A DNA stretch of 64,000 nucleotides from an uncultured Eubacteriales bacterium (GTDB lineage Bacteria > Acidobacteriota > Aminicenantia > Aminicenantales > Saccharicenantaceae). The stretch covers positions 9,556 to 73,555 of the forward strand of contig CAZGJS010000008.1 in NCBI GenBank assembly GCA_964525875.1, written 5' to 3'. The position numbers and the translations under genes were made by a program. How positions within the stretch are numbered: the first letter of the stretch is position 1; every line of letters begins with the position of its first letter. This document shows, one piece after another, positions 45,737 through 55,682 of this stretch. The notes below the pieces were generated by a model, which searched no databases, had not been told where the DNA came from, and saw only the letters and a program-made list of their open reading frames with translations.

Positions 45737-46171
45737 TCAGGCCGTAGGATCGATAGGCTCGAGGAAGGGGAAGCGGTGGAAATCGGTGTCGCGCGTATAG
45801 ATGCGCTTTATCCCGTGCTCCCGCATTAAAATAGCAATTTGGGCATTGTAGAGAAGGTTGCCGTGCAGATTCGTCGTTTTCCGGACGACTCCCGCCGCGA
45901 CCTCCGCATGTCTCTCTGAAGGCACGAGAAAGCCGAAGGTGGGGGCGGCAAGGATCGCCTCGACGAAATCCCAGGCTTTGGGCGCTGTCCAGGGCTTGTG
46001 AAATATGCGCGGGTGGGTGATTACTCGGAGGAATTCATACATGATCCCCCAGGTCGAGTACCAGGGCGTCGTCAGGCGCCGCCATTCCTCGATCTTCCCC
46101 CGGCAGCACTGATGAAAAGGGGAGTCGCCGTCGGCGGCATAAACGAAGATGTTGGTGTCGACGACGAACAT
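45737..46171 (-). CDS. vapC: PIN-domain toxin VapC
   Basis: MFVVDTNIFVY... PIN fold. Overlaps the antitoxin stop. Confidence 0.8.
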   Translation of the reverse strand: MFVVDTNIFVYAADGDSPFHQCCRGKIEEWRRLTTPWYSTWGIMYEFLRVITHPRIFHKPWTAPKAWDFVEAILAAPTFGFLVPSERHAEVAAGVVRKTTNLHGNLLYNAQIAILMREHGIKRIYTRDTDFHRFPFLEPIDPTA

Positions 46172-46398
46172 CAGCGACGCTCCAAGGCTTCGTAAAGGGC
46201 TTCCCTGTCCGCGATCTCGACCTTCGCGCCGCCGCTTTTAAACGAGGGCAGAGGCGGCATCGTGCGGGGACCTTCCTTGGCCGTCAGAAGCAGTCGGAGG
46301 GCGGATTCCACGAGTTCGGACATCGTGCACCCGCGCCGAGCCGCTTCCAGTTTCAAGAGGGCCATGACCGAATCGTCGATGTTCAATGTCGTTTTCAT
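46171..46398 (-). CDS. vapB: VapB-type (RHH-like) antitoxin, 75 aa, starting at MKTTLNIDD
   Basis: Short ORF immediately upstream of vapC. A 13-bp inverted repeat CATATAACCATAT..ATATGGTTATATG overlaps its start (operator-like). Confidence 0.7.
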   Translation of the reverse strand: MKTTLNIDDSVMALLKLEAARRGCTMSELVESALRLLLTAKEGPRTMPPLPSFKSGGAKVEIADREALYEALERR

Positions 46399-46617
46399 CC
46401 ATATAACCATATAATGGATATGGTTATATGTCAATACACGTGATATTTCGTTCATTAATAGAGACGAGTGGCGAGGGAGCCATCTATCACGATCAGTAGG
46501 GTGAGAATCGGCGTCGCTTCCGGACGTCTTTGTTCTTGACAAGCCCTCTCCGTAAAGTGTACAATAGAAGTGTACAATTCATCGGCTGGGCCGTTGCCGC
46601 CGTGAAGAGAGGGCACA

Positions 46618-46875
46618 ATGAAAGCTACGGTCCTTGACCTGAGGAGGCGCATGAAGGACATCCTGAATTCCCTCAAGCGGAACGAACCCGTGACGCTCCT
46701 GCGCCGTGGCAAGGTGGTCGGCACGATCCAGCCGCCCGAGGCCGCCCAGGCCTCAGCATCCGACCTGCATGCTTCAGCCCATCCCGCTTTCGGCATGTGG
46801 AGGGACCGTCCCGACCTCGAAGATGTCGAAGCTGCCGTCGAGAGACTGCGCGGGGGCCGGTTCAATGCTCTTTGA
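46618..46875 (+). CDS. Phd/YefM-like antitoxin
   Basis: MKATVLDLRRRMKDILNSLKRNEPVTLLRRGKVVGTIQP. Overlaps the downstream PIN gene. Confidence 0.7.
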   Translation: MKATVLDLRRRMKDILNSLKRNEPVTLLRRGKVVGTIQPPEAAQASASDLHASAHPAFGMWRDRPDLEDVEAAVERLRGGRFNAL

Positions 46876-47242
46876 CACGGACGTCCTAATTTGGATCCTC
46901 CGCGGAAGCGCGAAGGCCGCCCGGCTCGTCGATGAAGCCGGGGACCGACGGATCTCCGTCGTCACGCTCATGGAGCTCCTGCAGGGCGCCCATGACAAAC
47001 ATGAGTCACGTCTTATTAAGAGGTTCGTTGTTGAGCTCGGGTTCCGAACGTTGCCCCTGACCGAGAACACCGGTCACCGGGCCGTAGTTTATATGGAAGA
47101 ATACGGACTTTCCTCCGGCCTGCGCGTGGCCGACGCCTTGATCGCGGCGACCGCAGCGGAAAACAACCTGACCCTCTGCTCGGGCGACAAGTCCCATTAC
47201 CGGGCGATAGTCGAGCTTGATCTCCTGCCTTTCCGCCCGTAG
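46865..47242 (+). CDS. vapC: PIN-domain toxin VapC (start at MLFDTDVLIW)
   Basis: PIN motif DTDVLI with conserved downstream Asp residues. The longer ORF from 46706 is rejected because it overlaps the antitoxin. Confidence 0.8.
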   Translation: MLFDTDVLIWILRGSAKAARLVDEAGDRRISVVTLMELLQGAHDKHESRLIKRFVVELGFRTLPLTENTGHRAVVYMEEYGLSSGLRVADALIAATAAENNLTLCSGDKSHYRAIVELDLLPFRP

Positions 47243-47276
47243 TCTCTTTTTCTAGGCCGGCATTTCCGGCTCCCTA

Positions 47277-47388
47277 AATAATTCGGAATTTGGTATTGTG
47301 TCCCTATATTGTGAAGGGCTCAAAGACGCGGGACAAAAGACGTGGGGACAAGTACCGCTTCTCTCGAAGCGGTGCGTGTCCCCGTGCT
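47277..47388. repeat. composite repeat region: AAATTCGGAAT-TGGTATTGTGTCCC motif (47277-47307) plus an extended GGGGACA...TGTCCCC palindrome (47349-47388)
   Basis: ggggacaagtaccgcttctctcgaagcggtgcgtgtcccc. A GCCGGcatttCCGGC hairpin precedes it at 47256-47270. Confidence 0.55.
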
Positions 47389-47585
47389 TACCGTGCTTAT
47401 TTCCGTGTCCCGGTTCTTATTTCGTTGATTCCGGACGCGAAAGACCCGTTTCTCTTAACCTCCATAAAACAAAGTAATAGTCAGTCTTATCAGGAATTTG
47501 AACAAGGCTCCATACTTGACAATCCTCCCCTCCGAACCTAGGTTATAGTCAGATCTCATAATTTGGCCTCGGGAAGGAGGGTAAA

Positions 47586-48053
47586 ATGCCGGTCCGCAAG
47601 TTAAAAGAATTTTTGGACGAGAAGAAAATCAAATACGTCACAATCACCCATTCCCTGGCCTACACGGCCCAGGAAACTGCCGTATCGGCCCATATCCCCG
47701 GAAAAGGCCTGGCTAAAACGGTCATTCTGAAAGTTGATGGCAAAATGATCATGGCCGTCCTGCCGGCTCCCCGCAAGCTGGATTTCGACCTCTTGAGGGA
47801 AGCCCTTTGCGCGCGCAAAGTCGAGATGGCCAACGAGGCCGAGTTTAAAGACAAGTTTCCTGAATGCGATATCGGCGCCATGCCGCCTTTCGGCAATCTT
47901 TATGGAATGGACGTCATTTCTGATGGAGCCCTGGCGGAAAACGACGACATCGCCTTCAACGCCGGTTTTCATACAGAACTGATTAAGCTGGCGTACAAGG
48001 ACTTTCTTGAACTCGTCAAACCTAAAGTCGCGACGTTCTCATTAAGCCGGTAG
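47586..48053 (+). CDS. YbaK/ProX-family aminoacyl-tRNA deacylase
   Basis: AGGAGGG RBS. ...GKGLAKTVILKVDGKMIMAVLPA... and GAMPPFGNLYG are YbaK-family motifs. Confidence 0.75.
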   Translation: MPVRKLKEFLDEKKIKYVTITHSLAYTAQETAVSAHIPGKGLAKTVILKVDGKMIMAVLPAPRKLDFDLLREALCARKVEMANEAEFKDKFPECDIGAMPPFGNLYGMDVISDGALAENDDIAFNAGFHTELIKLAYKDFLELVKPKVATFSLSR

Positions 48054-49275
48054 GCGAGGTGTATTTTCTCTGAACGAGGGGATTGAGTCCGATAAGGATC
48101 CTATAATCGGAAATCCCGCTCAAATCGGCAAGACGGTCGGCTGTCAAACCGGAATCCTTCCGCCCGTCAATGAGCGTCACATCATCGCCGACCTGGATTT
48201 CCCGGTCATTATTCAAATCCACGATGATATGATTGGCCGTGACGGCGTCCATGACGGGGAATCTTTTGCCTCCGATCAAAACAAGGCCTTTGCCTCCGAG
48301 CTGAGGGGCATAGCCGTCTGAATAGCCGATGCCGACCGTCGCCACTCTCATCATCTTCCCGGCCGTGAACACTCGGTGGTAAGAAATGGAATCTCCCGGC
48401 TGGAGGTCCGTGATGACCGTGACCCTGGCCGTAAGCTTCAGGGCCGGCCTTAGGTTGAGCCGGTCTTCCTTCTGCGTTTGAGAGTTTGGATAATAGCCGT
48501 ACAGAGTTATCCCCGGCCGTACCATGTCCAGATAGAGCTCGGCGGACTCGAAAATCCCGGCGCTGCTCGCGGCATGCTTCAGGCCTAGTTGGATCTTCTT
48601 TTTCTGCGCCGATCGGCAGACTTTCAAAAATCTTTCGAGCTGCTCCTTGTCGAATCCGGCGTCCTCGGTCAGCGTTGTCGAAACACCTTCGATTTTCGTT
48701 TGCGACAATGCGGCTATTTTCTCGATGAGCGGCAGGGCACGGTCGTGAGGGATTCCCGTCCGGCTCATTCCGGTGTCAATATCGATATGGACCAGAGCTC
48801 TCTTCTTAAGTCTTGAAGCCGTGGCATTCAAGGTTACCGCTTCTTCCGAAAAGACGGATTGGCTGAGATTATTGAGGATGATGGCTTCGCAGTCCCGCGC
48901 ATTGAAGGGTCCAAAATTCAGGATGGGGCACCTGACGCCCGTTGCCCTTAACGCCAGCCCTTCCTGAAGTTTCCCCACCATCAGCCAATCGGCGCCGGCC
49001 TTTTCCAGAGCTTTCCCGACATCGATCAGCCCATGACCGTAGGCGTTGGCTTTGATGACGGCCATAACGGGAACCTTGACCAGGTTTTTGATCTGTGAAA
49101 AATTCCAGCGGATATGGTCGAGATTCACGTCGATCCAGGGATCCATATGGCCGTGGGCTTCGCTTGCAGGACGTGGCGGTGTTTCATGCCCGATAAGCGC
49201 GCCGGGCATTTTAACATCAGGGAAAGCCGCCAAGGAGCCCAGCCCTATTGTTTTGAAGAATTTCCTTCTTTTCAT
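48022..49275 (-). CDS. alr: alanine/amino-acid racemase with an N-terminal twin-arginine (Tat) signal peptide
   Basis: MKRRKFFKTIGLGSLAAF Tat motif. PLP-Lys motif VIKANAYGHG. C-terminal ...YGYYP... region. Confidence 0.8.
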   Translation of the reverse strand: MKRRKFFKTIGLGSLAAFPDVKMPGALIGHETPPRPASEAHGHMDPWIDVNLDHIRWNFSQIKNLVKVPVMAVIKANAYGHGLIDVGKALEKAGADWLMVGKLQEGLALRATGVRCPILNFGPFNARDCEAIILNNLSQSVFSEEAVTLNATASRLKKRALVHIDIDTGMSRTGIPHDRALPLIEKIAALSQTKIEGVSTTLTEDAGFDKEQLERFLKVCRSAQKKKIQLGLKHAASSAGIFESAELYLDMVRPGITLYGYYPNSQTQKEDRLNLRPALKLTARVTVITDLQPGDSISYHRVFTAGKMMRVATVGIGYSDGYAPQLGGKGLVLIGGKRFPVMDAVTANHIIVDLNNDREIQVGDDVTLIDGRKDSGLTADRLADLSGISDYRILIGLNPLVQRKYTSPTGLMRTSRL

Positions 49276-49489
49276 GGCTTCCCCCCTTTGACGTCACCAA
49301 GTTAAGCGCCGGCGTTTGCTCACGGCTGTACGAAGCGCTCTTTCCGCCACGCCGGCAGGTTCACGCAGGCCGATTATAGCATATGTGTGGATATAGTCCC
49401 ATGACTCTCGCCGGCAGCTTCCGCTTCCTGCAGGCGGTGCTCCCGCGCGAGCCGGATTTTCAGACGAAGCTCTACCGCCCGCTCTCAGC

Positions 49490-49909
49490 TCAAAGGTGAT
49501 AATCGCCGGCGGCCTCAGGCTGGTAGAGGACTTCCTCGACCTTGAGGACACGCTTGCCGTTCGGGACGACCCACTCGAAGACGTCACCGGCCCGGTAGCC
49601 GAGGAGTCCCATCCCGATCGGGGCCAGGACCGAAAGCTTATTCTGTGTGATGTCGGCCTCATGGGGGAAGACCAGCGTGTACTCGTTGACTTCGCCCGAC
49701 ACCATGTCACGCACCCTGAACCTCGAGTTCATGGTCACGACATCGGCGGGAATGTCTTTGGGATCGACGATGACGGCTCTCTCCAGCTCTTTCTGGAGTT
49801 CGACCAGATGCTCCCTGTTGGGCCCGGATTGGATCGTGGGCGACATTAGGATACTCTGGAGCCGCGAATTGTCCACGCTCGTGATGTAAATACGGTGATG
49901 TTCGTCCAT
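49490..49909 (-). CDS. rnk: GreA/GreB-family regulator (Rnk-like nucleoside diphosphate kinase regulator)
   Basis: 139 aa. C-terminal FKBP-like Gre domain (...VLAPIGMGLLGYRAGDVFEW...). Confidence 0.75.
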   Translation of the reverse strand: MDEHHRIYITSVDNSRLQSILMSPTIQSGPNREHLVELQKELERAVIVDPKDIPADVVTMNSRFRVRDMVSGEVNEYTLVFPHEADITQNKLSVLAPIGMGLLGYRAGDVFEWVVPNGKRVLKVEEVLYQPEAAGDYHL

Positions 49910-50016
49910 TTCGCCCTCCGGTTTTCTTGATGCGGCTCCGCCCCGGAACCGGCTGATGAAAAATTATTTTAACACAAGGGGCTGAGAAAAAACACCCGCC
50001 CTCAGCTCCGGAGCGA

Positions 50017-50355
50017 TTAATTAATGCCGACTTCTTTTTCGAGCGCCCTCCGGACCAACCGGTTCAACGATATCCCCTCGCTGACCGACTTTCGCACGGC
50101 CCGCTTGTGCAGGTCGGGAGATACTCTTACGTTAAAAGTTCCCTTATAGGACCTAGCAAGATCCTTGCCGACCGTCCGGCAAAGCTCTAGATAATCTTCG
50201 ACAGCCTCTTTAAAGCTTGTCTTGAGCTCATCCACAGAACGGCCCTCGAAGGAAACCAGGTCGTCGATGCCTTCAATCCTGCCATGAAAGCACTCATCAG
50301 CAGGGCTGAAGTATATGGAGCCGATAAAGCCCTTATGGCGAATAACATTTTTCAT
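50017..50355 (-). CDS. hicB: HicB-family antitoxin
   Basis: An RNase-H-like N-terminus and a C-terminal RHH/HTH region (...GISLNRLVRRALE...). Overlaps hicA. Confidence 0.75.
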   Translation of the reverse strand: MKNVIRHKGFIGSIYFSPADECFHGRIEGIDDLVSFEGRSVDELKTSFKEAVEDYLELCRTVGKDLARSYKGTFNVRVSPDLHKRAVRKSVSEGISLNRLVRRALEKEVGIN

Positions 50356-50612
50356 CGAAGGAATCCTTTCCGCTCGAGTTCCCTCTCAACATCATTCAAC
50401 TGGTAGCGCTTAAGGACATTACTCGGATGCGGCCTATGGAGACGAATGATGTTATTGCGTTTTTCGTTGAAAAAAGCGGCTCGAGATCCGGAAGTCTTTC
50501 CGACCTTCACTTCTTTATACCCAAATCCCTGCAATAGTGTGACGAGCTCGTCATATGTAAAATCCCTGGGTTTCGCCAGGAATCTCTTTATGAGCTTATG
50601 ATGGCGGCTCAT
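50352..50612 (-). CDS. hicA: HicA-family toxin (mRNA interferase)
   Basis: 86 aa with ...LLQGFGYKEVKVGKTSGSRAAFFN... HicA dsRBD-like signature. Confidence 0.75.
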   Translation of the reverse strand: MSRHHKLIKRFLAKPRDFTYDELVTLLQGFGYKEVKVGKTSGSRAAFFNEKRNNIIRLHRPHPSNVLKRYQLNDVERELERKGFLR

Positions 50613-50811
50613 GATTAAGATATCTGAATCACCTTAAGAATGCAACTAAATAATAGTGACATTATTTCAGTCCCCAACTTTCAAACACATGAAAAGACGC
50701 CGCAGCCAGGGCGTTTGTCTCATGCCTTTACCATCCGCAATGGCTTGAATTATTTCTTGACAAGTTCTTGACCCGGCGTTATAGTCAGCCCTCGGAAGCT
50801 TTTGCCGGGGC

Positions 50812-51939
50812 TTGGGGAGAATGGGAAACTTCATTCCTGCGCGTCTTAAGAAGGCCCGTGAAGAGAAGGGCCTAACCCAAGAGGCCTTTGCCCGCGCCGT
50901 CGGCCTCTCCTCCGAATTCATCTCGCTCCTCGAGGCGGGTAAGCGCGCCCCGTCCCTAAATACCCTCGCCCGCATCTCCGCCCATTTCAACCGCGACGCA
51001 TCGTTCTTCCTGGGGGAAAAGGAGCCGGCTTTCACGGTTCTCTTCAGGGCCGCGGCCCACGATCTCAGCCCTGAGGCGCGCCTCGAACTTGAGCACTTTC
51101 AGCGCTATGGCGAGGATTACCTGCGCCTCGAGGAAGCGATGGGCCGCCCCCTGGAGCTCGCCCCGCTCTATTCCGGCAACCTTTCGCCCGAACGCATGGC
51201 TGTCGAGGAGCGCCACCGCCTGGGCCTGGGCGACGAGCCGATTCGAGACATCTACGCCCTCCTCGAGCGCAACGGCTGTCGCATCCTGCGTCGGCCTTTC
51301 CCCGAGAACGTCGAGATCTCCGGCGTTTTTGTCTTTCTCGAGGCTCATCCGGCCGCCTTCGCCCTCATAAACTCGGCCCAAAATGCCTGTCGCCAGGTCT
51401 TCACGGCCGCCCACGAATATTGCCATTACCTCAAGGACCGGCACGACGCCCCGCTTATCGACAGCCAGGAGATCTTCGGTGAAAAGCCCCGGGCTATAGG
51501 GAGACAGGGTGGTTCGCGACTTGTTACTGGAGGTACCAAGCCTAAGAATGGACAATTGACTAACGGGGTGCGTAAGGTTGGACCTGTGGCCAAAGAGCAA
51601 TTCGCCCAGGAATTCGCCGCCCGCTTCCTGATGCCCCCGGCCAAGGTCCGTGAGGTCGTCGACAAGGACTTCGGCTCGGGCCGGCGCCTCACCTACGACG
51701 ATGTCCTCCTCATCAAGCGCTACTTCGGCACGAGCGCCCAGGCCATGCTTAGGACGCTCCGCGATCTCGACTTGATCAGCGCCGCCCGATACGAGGACTT
51801 CCTCTCTCTCGACCCCGTCGCCCGCGAGCGCGAGGTCTTCGGCGCTTCGGCCGAAGAGCACGGGCCCGTCTCTTCCTTCGTCTCCGACCGCTATAACTTG
51901 CTGGTGAGCGAAGACACCGCACGGAGAAAAGCGACATGA
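50812..51939 (+). CDS. XRE-family HTH regulator fused to an ImmA/IrrE-family metallopeptidase domain
   Basis: N-terminal HTH (LTQEAFARAVGLSSEFISLLEAGKRAPSLNTLARIS). HExxH motif HEYCHYL. Confidence 0.75.
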   Translation: MGRMGNFIPARLKKAREEKGLTQEAFARAVGLSSEFISLLEAGKRAPSLNTLARISAHFNRDASFFLGEKEPAFTVLFRAAAHDLSPEARLELEHFQRYGEDYLRLEEAMGRPLELAPLYSGNLSPERMAVEERHRLGLGDEPIRDIYALLERNGCRILRRPFPENVEISGVFVFLEAHPAAFALINSAQNACRQVFTAAHEYCHYLKDRHDAPLIDSQEIFGEKPRAIGRQGGSRLVTGGTKPKNGQLTNGVRKVGPVAKEQFAQEFAARFLMPPAKVREVVDKDFGSGRRLTYDDVLLIKRYFGTSAQAMLRTLRDLDLISAARYEDFLSLDPVAREREVFGASAEEHGPVSSFVSDRYNLLVSEDTARRKAT

Positions 51940-52991
51940 TGACCTTTCGAGACACTCGCCTCCAAGATACGAAACTGCCTCTCTCCACCGTATGGCTTTT
52001 AGAAAGCCTGGCCGAGTCCAAGGGCCGCCAACAGCTTTTCGAAAAACAGTCGCCACAGATCCTCAAGTCACTCCGAGAGATGGCACTTATCGAAAGCGCG
52101 GAATCGTCCAACAGGATAGAGGGAGTGACCGTCGACAAAAGCAGACTACGGCCTCTCGTCTTGGGAAACGCGTCCCCCAAAGACAGATCCGAGGAGGAAA
52201 TCGTCGGTTATCGCCTGGCCCTGAACTGGATTCACGCCGATTTCCAGAAGATCGTCATCTCTCCGGAAACTTGCCTCCGCCTTCACGCTCTAGCCCAGGG
52301 GGGAACGACGGGGGATGCGGGACAATGGAAAAGAACTCCAAACGATATTATTGAGATATCCCCCGACGGGCGACGGGAGGTGCGTTTCCGCCCGGTCGCT
52401 CCGGCGCTCGTTCCCAAGGCCATGGAGGAGCTTTGCCTCGCCTACCGCGACGCTATCGAACAGCTCAAGGTCACCCCGCTCCTGGCCACGGCCGGTCTAA
52501 TCCTCGATTTCCTTTGCATCCATCCTTTCCGCGATGGAAACGGTCGCGTTTCCAGATTGTTGACGTTGCTCGCGCTCTACCATCATAGCCACGACGTCGG
52601 GCGTTACATCAGCTTTGAGCGGGTCGTCGAACAGACAAAAGAAGATTATTATGAGGTGCTGAAAAAGAGCTCCGCCCGCTGGCATGAAGAAGCGCATGAC
52701 TTCCTGCCATGGTTCAACTACCTGCTGACGACTTTGCGCCGAACCTATCGCGAGTTTGAGGAACGCGCCGGCCGGGCTCGTCCCGAGAAAGGTTCAAAAT
52801 CAGATCTCGTAGAATATGCCCTGGATACTATCGTGAGTCCCTTCGGCATCGCGGATATCGAGAGGCTTTGTCCCAACGTCAGCCGTGACACCATCCGCTT
52901 GGTTATGAACCGCCGGCGGAAGTCCGGGAGACTCGAAATAATGGGCCGGGGACGCGATGCCAAATGGCGTCGTTCAGAAGAAAAAGGGTAA
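51936..52991 (+). CDS. fic: Fic/Doc-family protein (AMPylation/phosphocholination-type motif)
   Basis: Canonical Fic motif HPFRDGNGRVSR. Start overlaps the XRE-ImmA stop. Confidence 0.85.
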   Translation: MMTFRDTRLQDTKLPLSTVWLLESLAESKGRQQLFEKQSPQILKSLREMALIESAESSNRIEGVTVDKSRLRPLVLGNASPKDRSEEEIVGYRLALNWIHADFQKIVISPETCLRLHALAQGGTTGDAGQWKRTPNDIIEISPDGRREVRFRPVAPALVPKAMEELCLAYRDAIEQLKVTPLLATAGLILDFLCIHPFRDGNGRVSRLLTLLALYHHSHDVGRYISFERVVEQTKEDYYEVLKKSSARWHEEAHDFLPWFNYLLTTLRRTYREFEERAGRARPEKGSKSDLVEYALDTIVSPFGIADIERLCPNVSRDTIRLVMNRRRKSGRLEIMGRGRDAKWRRSEEKG

Positions 52992-53015
52992 TACCACATT
53001 AATGTATGAATAAAT

Positions 53016-55682
53016 ATGGGAATGTCGCAGAAAAACTTCGAAAATCGCAAGTTACGCGCCATCGGCATCGACCTGGGGACGACGAACTCGGCCGCGGCCG
53101 AAATCGTCTGGGACCCGGCCGTTGGGGCAAGCACCGTTTCTCCGGAAACGGCGCGTGTCCCCGGCTTACAGATCCGCACCCTCGAAATCGAACAGCCGAC
53201 GCGCGAGGGTGTCTACACGAGTCCGCTCGTCCCCTCGGTCGTGGCCGTCCTGCCCGACGGCACAGTCTGGGTGGGGGAGGGGGCCAAGCGCCTCCGGGCT
53301 TTCCCGACGGAATACGGTCTATCCTTCGAGAAAAACCTCTTCTACGACACCAAGAACGAGATGGGCCTGCGCAAGACCTACTACCGCGCGCCCGAATCCT
53401 TTAACCACGCCTCGAAGATCGCCGGCAAGGTCCTGGAGTTCATGGCTGGGGCCGCGGCGAAGATGGGAGCGGGCCTGACTGGTCAGCCCTTTCAGCATGC
53501 CGCCGGAGAGCCTGAGCGCGAGAGGGCCGAAGAGCTTTCGCAGACGCCAGACGGGGGGAGAGAGCCCGTCGCCGTCACCGTCCCGGCCTCGTTCCAGATC
53601 AACCAACGGCGCGACACGCTTCAAGCCGCCCGCTACGCCGGCCTGCGCCTTGCCGACGACGACCTCCTCGACGAGCCCACGGCCGCGCTTATCGATTATT
53701 TCGTGTCCGGCGGCCTAGGCGAGGCGCCGACAACGTCCGGGGCCCAGCCCTTCGCCCTCCCTGCCGGCCGCCCGGCGCTCTGCGTCGTCTTCGATTTCGG
53801 CGGCGGCACCTGCGACGTTTCGGTCGTCGAGATTTCACGCCCGTCAGCCCGATCAAGCCGCGAGGAAATGCCAGCCCTCCCTGCCGCCGCCCTAAGCCTC
53901 CTCCCGCCCGCGCTCTCCGGCCTGACCATGTCCCACCTGGCCGTCTCCCGCTACCACCGTCTCGGCGGGGGAGACATCGACGCGGCCATCGTCCACGAAA
54001 TCCTCATCCCGCGCCTCATGGCCGAAAACAAGCTCGCTCCGCTATCCCTCACCTTCGCCCAAAAGAAAAAGGGCCTCGAGCCCCAGCTCCTGGGCAAGGC
54101 CGAAGCCCTCAAGATCGCCCTCTCCTCCGAGATAAACCGCCTCATCAAGTTTGGCCGCTACACCCCCTCCACCGACAAATCCTCCATCGTCGTCCGCCAG
54201 CCGCCTCTCACCTGCACCCTCGGCCCCTCCACATACACCCTCTCCGACCCCTCCCTTTCCGCAGCGGACTTCGAGCGCCTCCTCGCGCCCTTCCTCGACA
54301 CCGACTTCCTCTTTGCCCGCGAGACTGAATACCGCCTGACACTCTCTATCTTCGCCCCCCTCCGCGACGCCATCGACCGCGCCTCGCGCGACGCCTCCGA
54401 CGTCGACCTCTGCCTCCTCGCCGGCGGCAGCACGCTCATCCCCCAGGTCCGCGACGCCCTCCGCGCTTTCTTCCCCAAGGCCCGCCTCGTCTTCCACAAC
54501 GACGGTCTCGAGGCCAAGCTCTGCGTCTCGCGCGGGGCTGCCTGGAACGCCGCCTACAAAGCCCTTGCCTCGCGCCCCCTCATCCTGCCCGTCCTCCACG
54601 ACGGGATCGCGCTCGTCACCTCCGACGGCAAGCTCAACCCGCTCATCTCTTCGGGCACCACCTTGCCCTTCCCCGAGGACGGCTCGTTCCTCAAGGAGCG
54701 CCTCGTGGTGCCGCGCTCGGCCTCCACCCCTGTCCGCGAACTCCGCTTCGAGGTCGTGGGCGAGCTGGATGGCCAGCACATCTTCGATGAGCTCTGGTCC
54801 CTGCCCGAGGGCGTTTCCCCGGGCGACGCGATCATCCTCGAGTACCGCCTGACCCGCGGCAAACAGTTTGAATGCCGGGCCTACCTCGCCGCCCGTCCCT
54901 CGGTCCTCCTTGAGGTGACCGTCGAGAACCCCCTCGTCAACATCGCCAACCCCAACGCGATCCAGCTCAAGATCGAGAAAGTCGAGGAGGACTTGCGCCA
55001 GCGCAAGGGCGGCACGGCCCGCGACCGCGACACCTACTACGAGCTCGCTCAGATGTACGCCGAGCTCAATCAGCGCGAGAAGGCCCTCGACTACCTGCGC
55101 ACGGCCCAGAGCCGCATCTCGCGCCCCGACCCGGCAATTCTCAACCTCCAGGGGATTTACTTCGGCGACCTCGGCGATTACGACCGGGCCACGACGGCCT
55201 TTCTCGAGGCCGACCGGGCCGAGCCTCGCTGGTCCGGCCCGCTCTTCAACCTGTCCTTGAGCTACAGGCGCCGGGGACGTCACGCCGAAGCCCTCGTGAC
55301 GATCGAACAAGCCATCCGCAAGACCGACGACCCCGGCCCTTGCCTGGGGTTCAAATCCCTCTGCCTTGAATCGCTCGGCCTGACCGAGGAGTCCCGCGAA
55401 GTCGCCGCCCAAGCCGTGCGTGCCTTCGACCCACCCGCCGCCCTTGACGACTGGGCCCTGGGCTGGCTGCTGACGGCCGCTAAAATGGCCGGGAATGACG
55501 CGGTCCGCAAACGCGCCGAGGACGAGCAGAAGAATCGCCTCCGCCACACCAAATCGACCCCTTCCCGCGACGACATCCTACGCCCGGCCATAAAAGATGA
55601 CGGCCCGCCTCCCGACGATGAATCCGGCACCGCGGTAAAGCCCAAACCCCGCAAGAAACCAGGGGGAAAACGAAGCGCATGA
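53016..55682 (+). CDS. non-canonical Hsp70-family (actin-fold) ATPase with a C-terminal TPR-repeat region and no Hsp70 substrate-binding domain
   Basis: Hsp70 NBD motifs IGIDLGTTNS, VTVPASFQINQRRDTLQAARYAGL, DEPTAALI and DFGGGTCDVSV. The C-terminal ~350 aa are TPR-like helical repeats. Confidence 0.8.
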   Translation: MGMSQKNFENRKLRAIGIDLGTTNSAAAEIVWDPAVGASTVSPETARVPGLQIRTLEIEQPTREGVYTSPLVPSVVAVLPDGTVWVGEGAKRLRAFPTEYGLSFEKNLFYDTKNEMGLRKTYYRAPESFNHASKIAGKVLEFMAGAAAKMGAGLTGQPFQHAAGEPERERAEELSQTPDGGREPVAVTVPASFQINQRRDTLQAARYAGLRLADDDLLDEPTAALIDYFVSGGLGEAPTTSGAQPFALPAGRPALCVVFDFGGGTCDVSVVEISRPSARSSREEMPALPAAALSLLPPALSGLTMSHLAVSRYHRLGGGDIDAAIVHEILIPRLMAENKLAPLSLTFAQKKKGLEPQLLGKAEALKIALSSEINRLIKFGRYTPSTDKSSIVVRQPPLTCTLGPSTYTLSDPSLSAADFERLLAPFLDTDFLFARETEYRLTLSIFAPLRDAIDRASRDASDVDLCLLAGGSTLIPQVRDALRAFFPKARLVFHNDGLEAKLCVSRGAAWNAAYKALASRPLILPVLHDGIALVTSDGKLNPLISSGTTLPFPEDGSFLKERLVVPRSASTPVRELRFEVVGELDGQHIFDELWSLPEGVSPGDAIILEYRLTRGKQFECRAYLAARPSVLLEVTVENPLVNIANPNAIQLKIEKVEEDLRQRKGGTARDRDTYYELAQMYAELNQREKALDYLRTAQSRISRPDPAILNLQGIYFGDLGDYDRATTAFLEADRAEPRWSGPLFNLSLSYRRRGRHAEALVTIEQAIRKTDDPGPCLGFKSLCLESLGLTEESREVAAQAVRAFDPPAALDDWALGWLLTAAKMAGNDAVRKRAEDEQKNRLRHTKSTPSRDDILRPAIKDDGPPPDDESGTAVKPKPRKKPGGKRSA

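Noticed and set aside
47290-47541. 83-aa ORF 47290..47541 (+)
   Set aside because: It lies entirely within the repeat-dense intergenic region (motif copies and palindrome), has no RBS, and its product is low-complexity.
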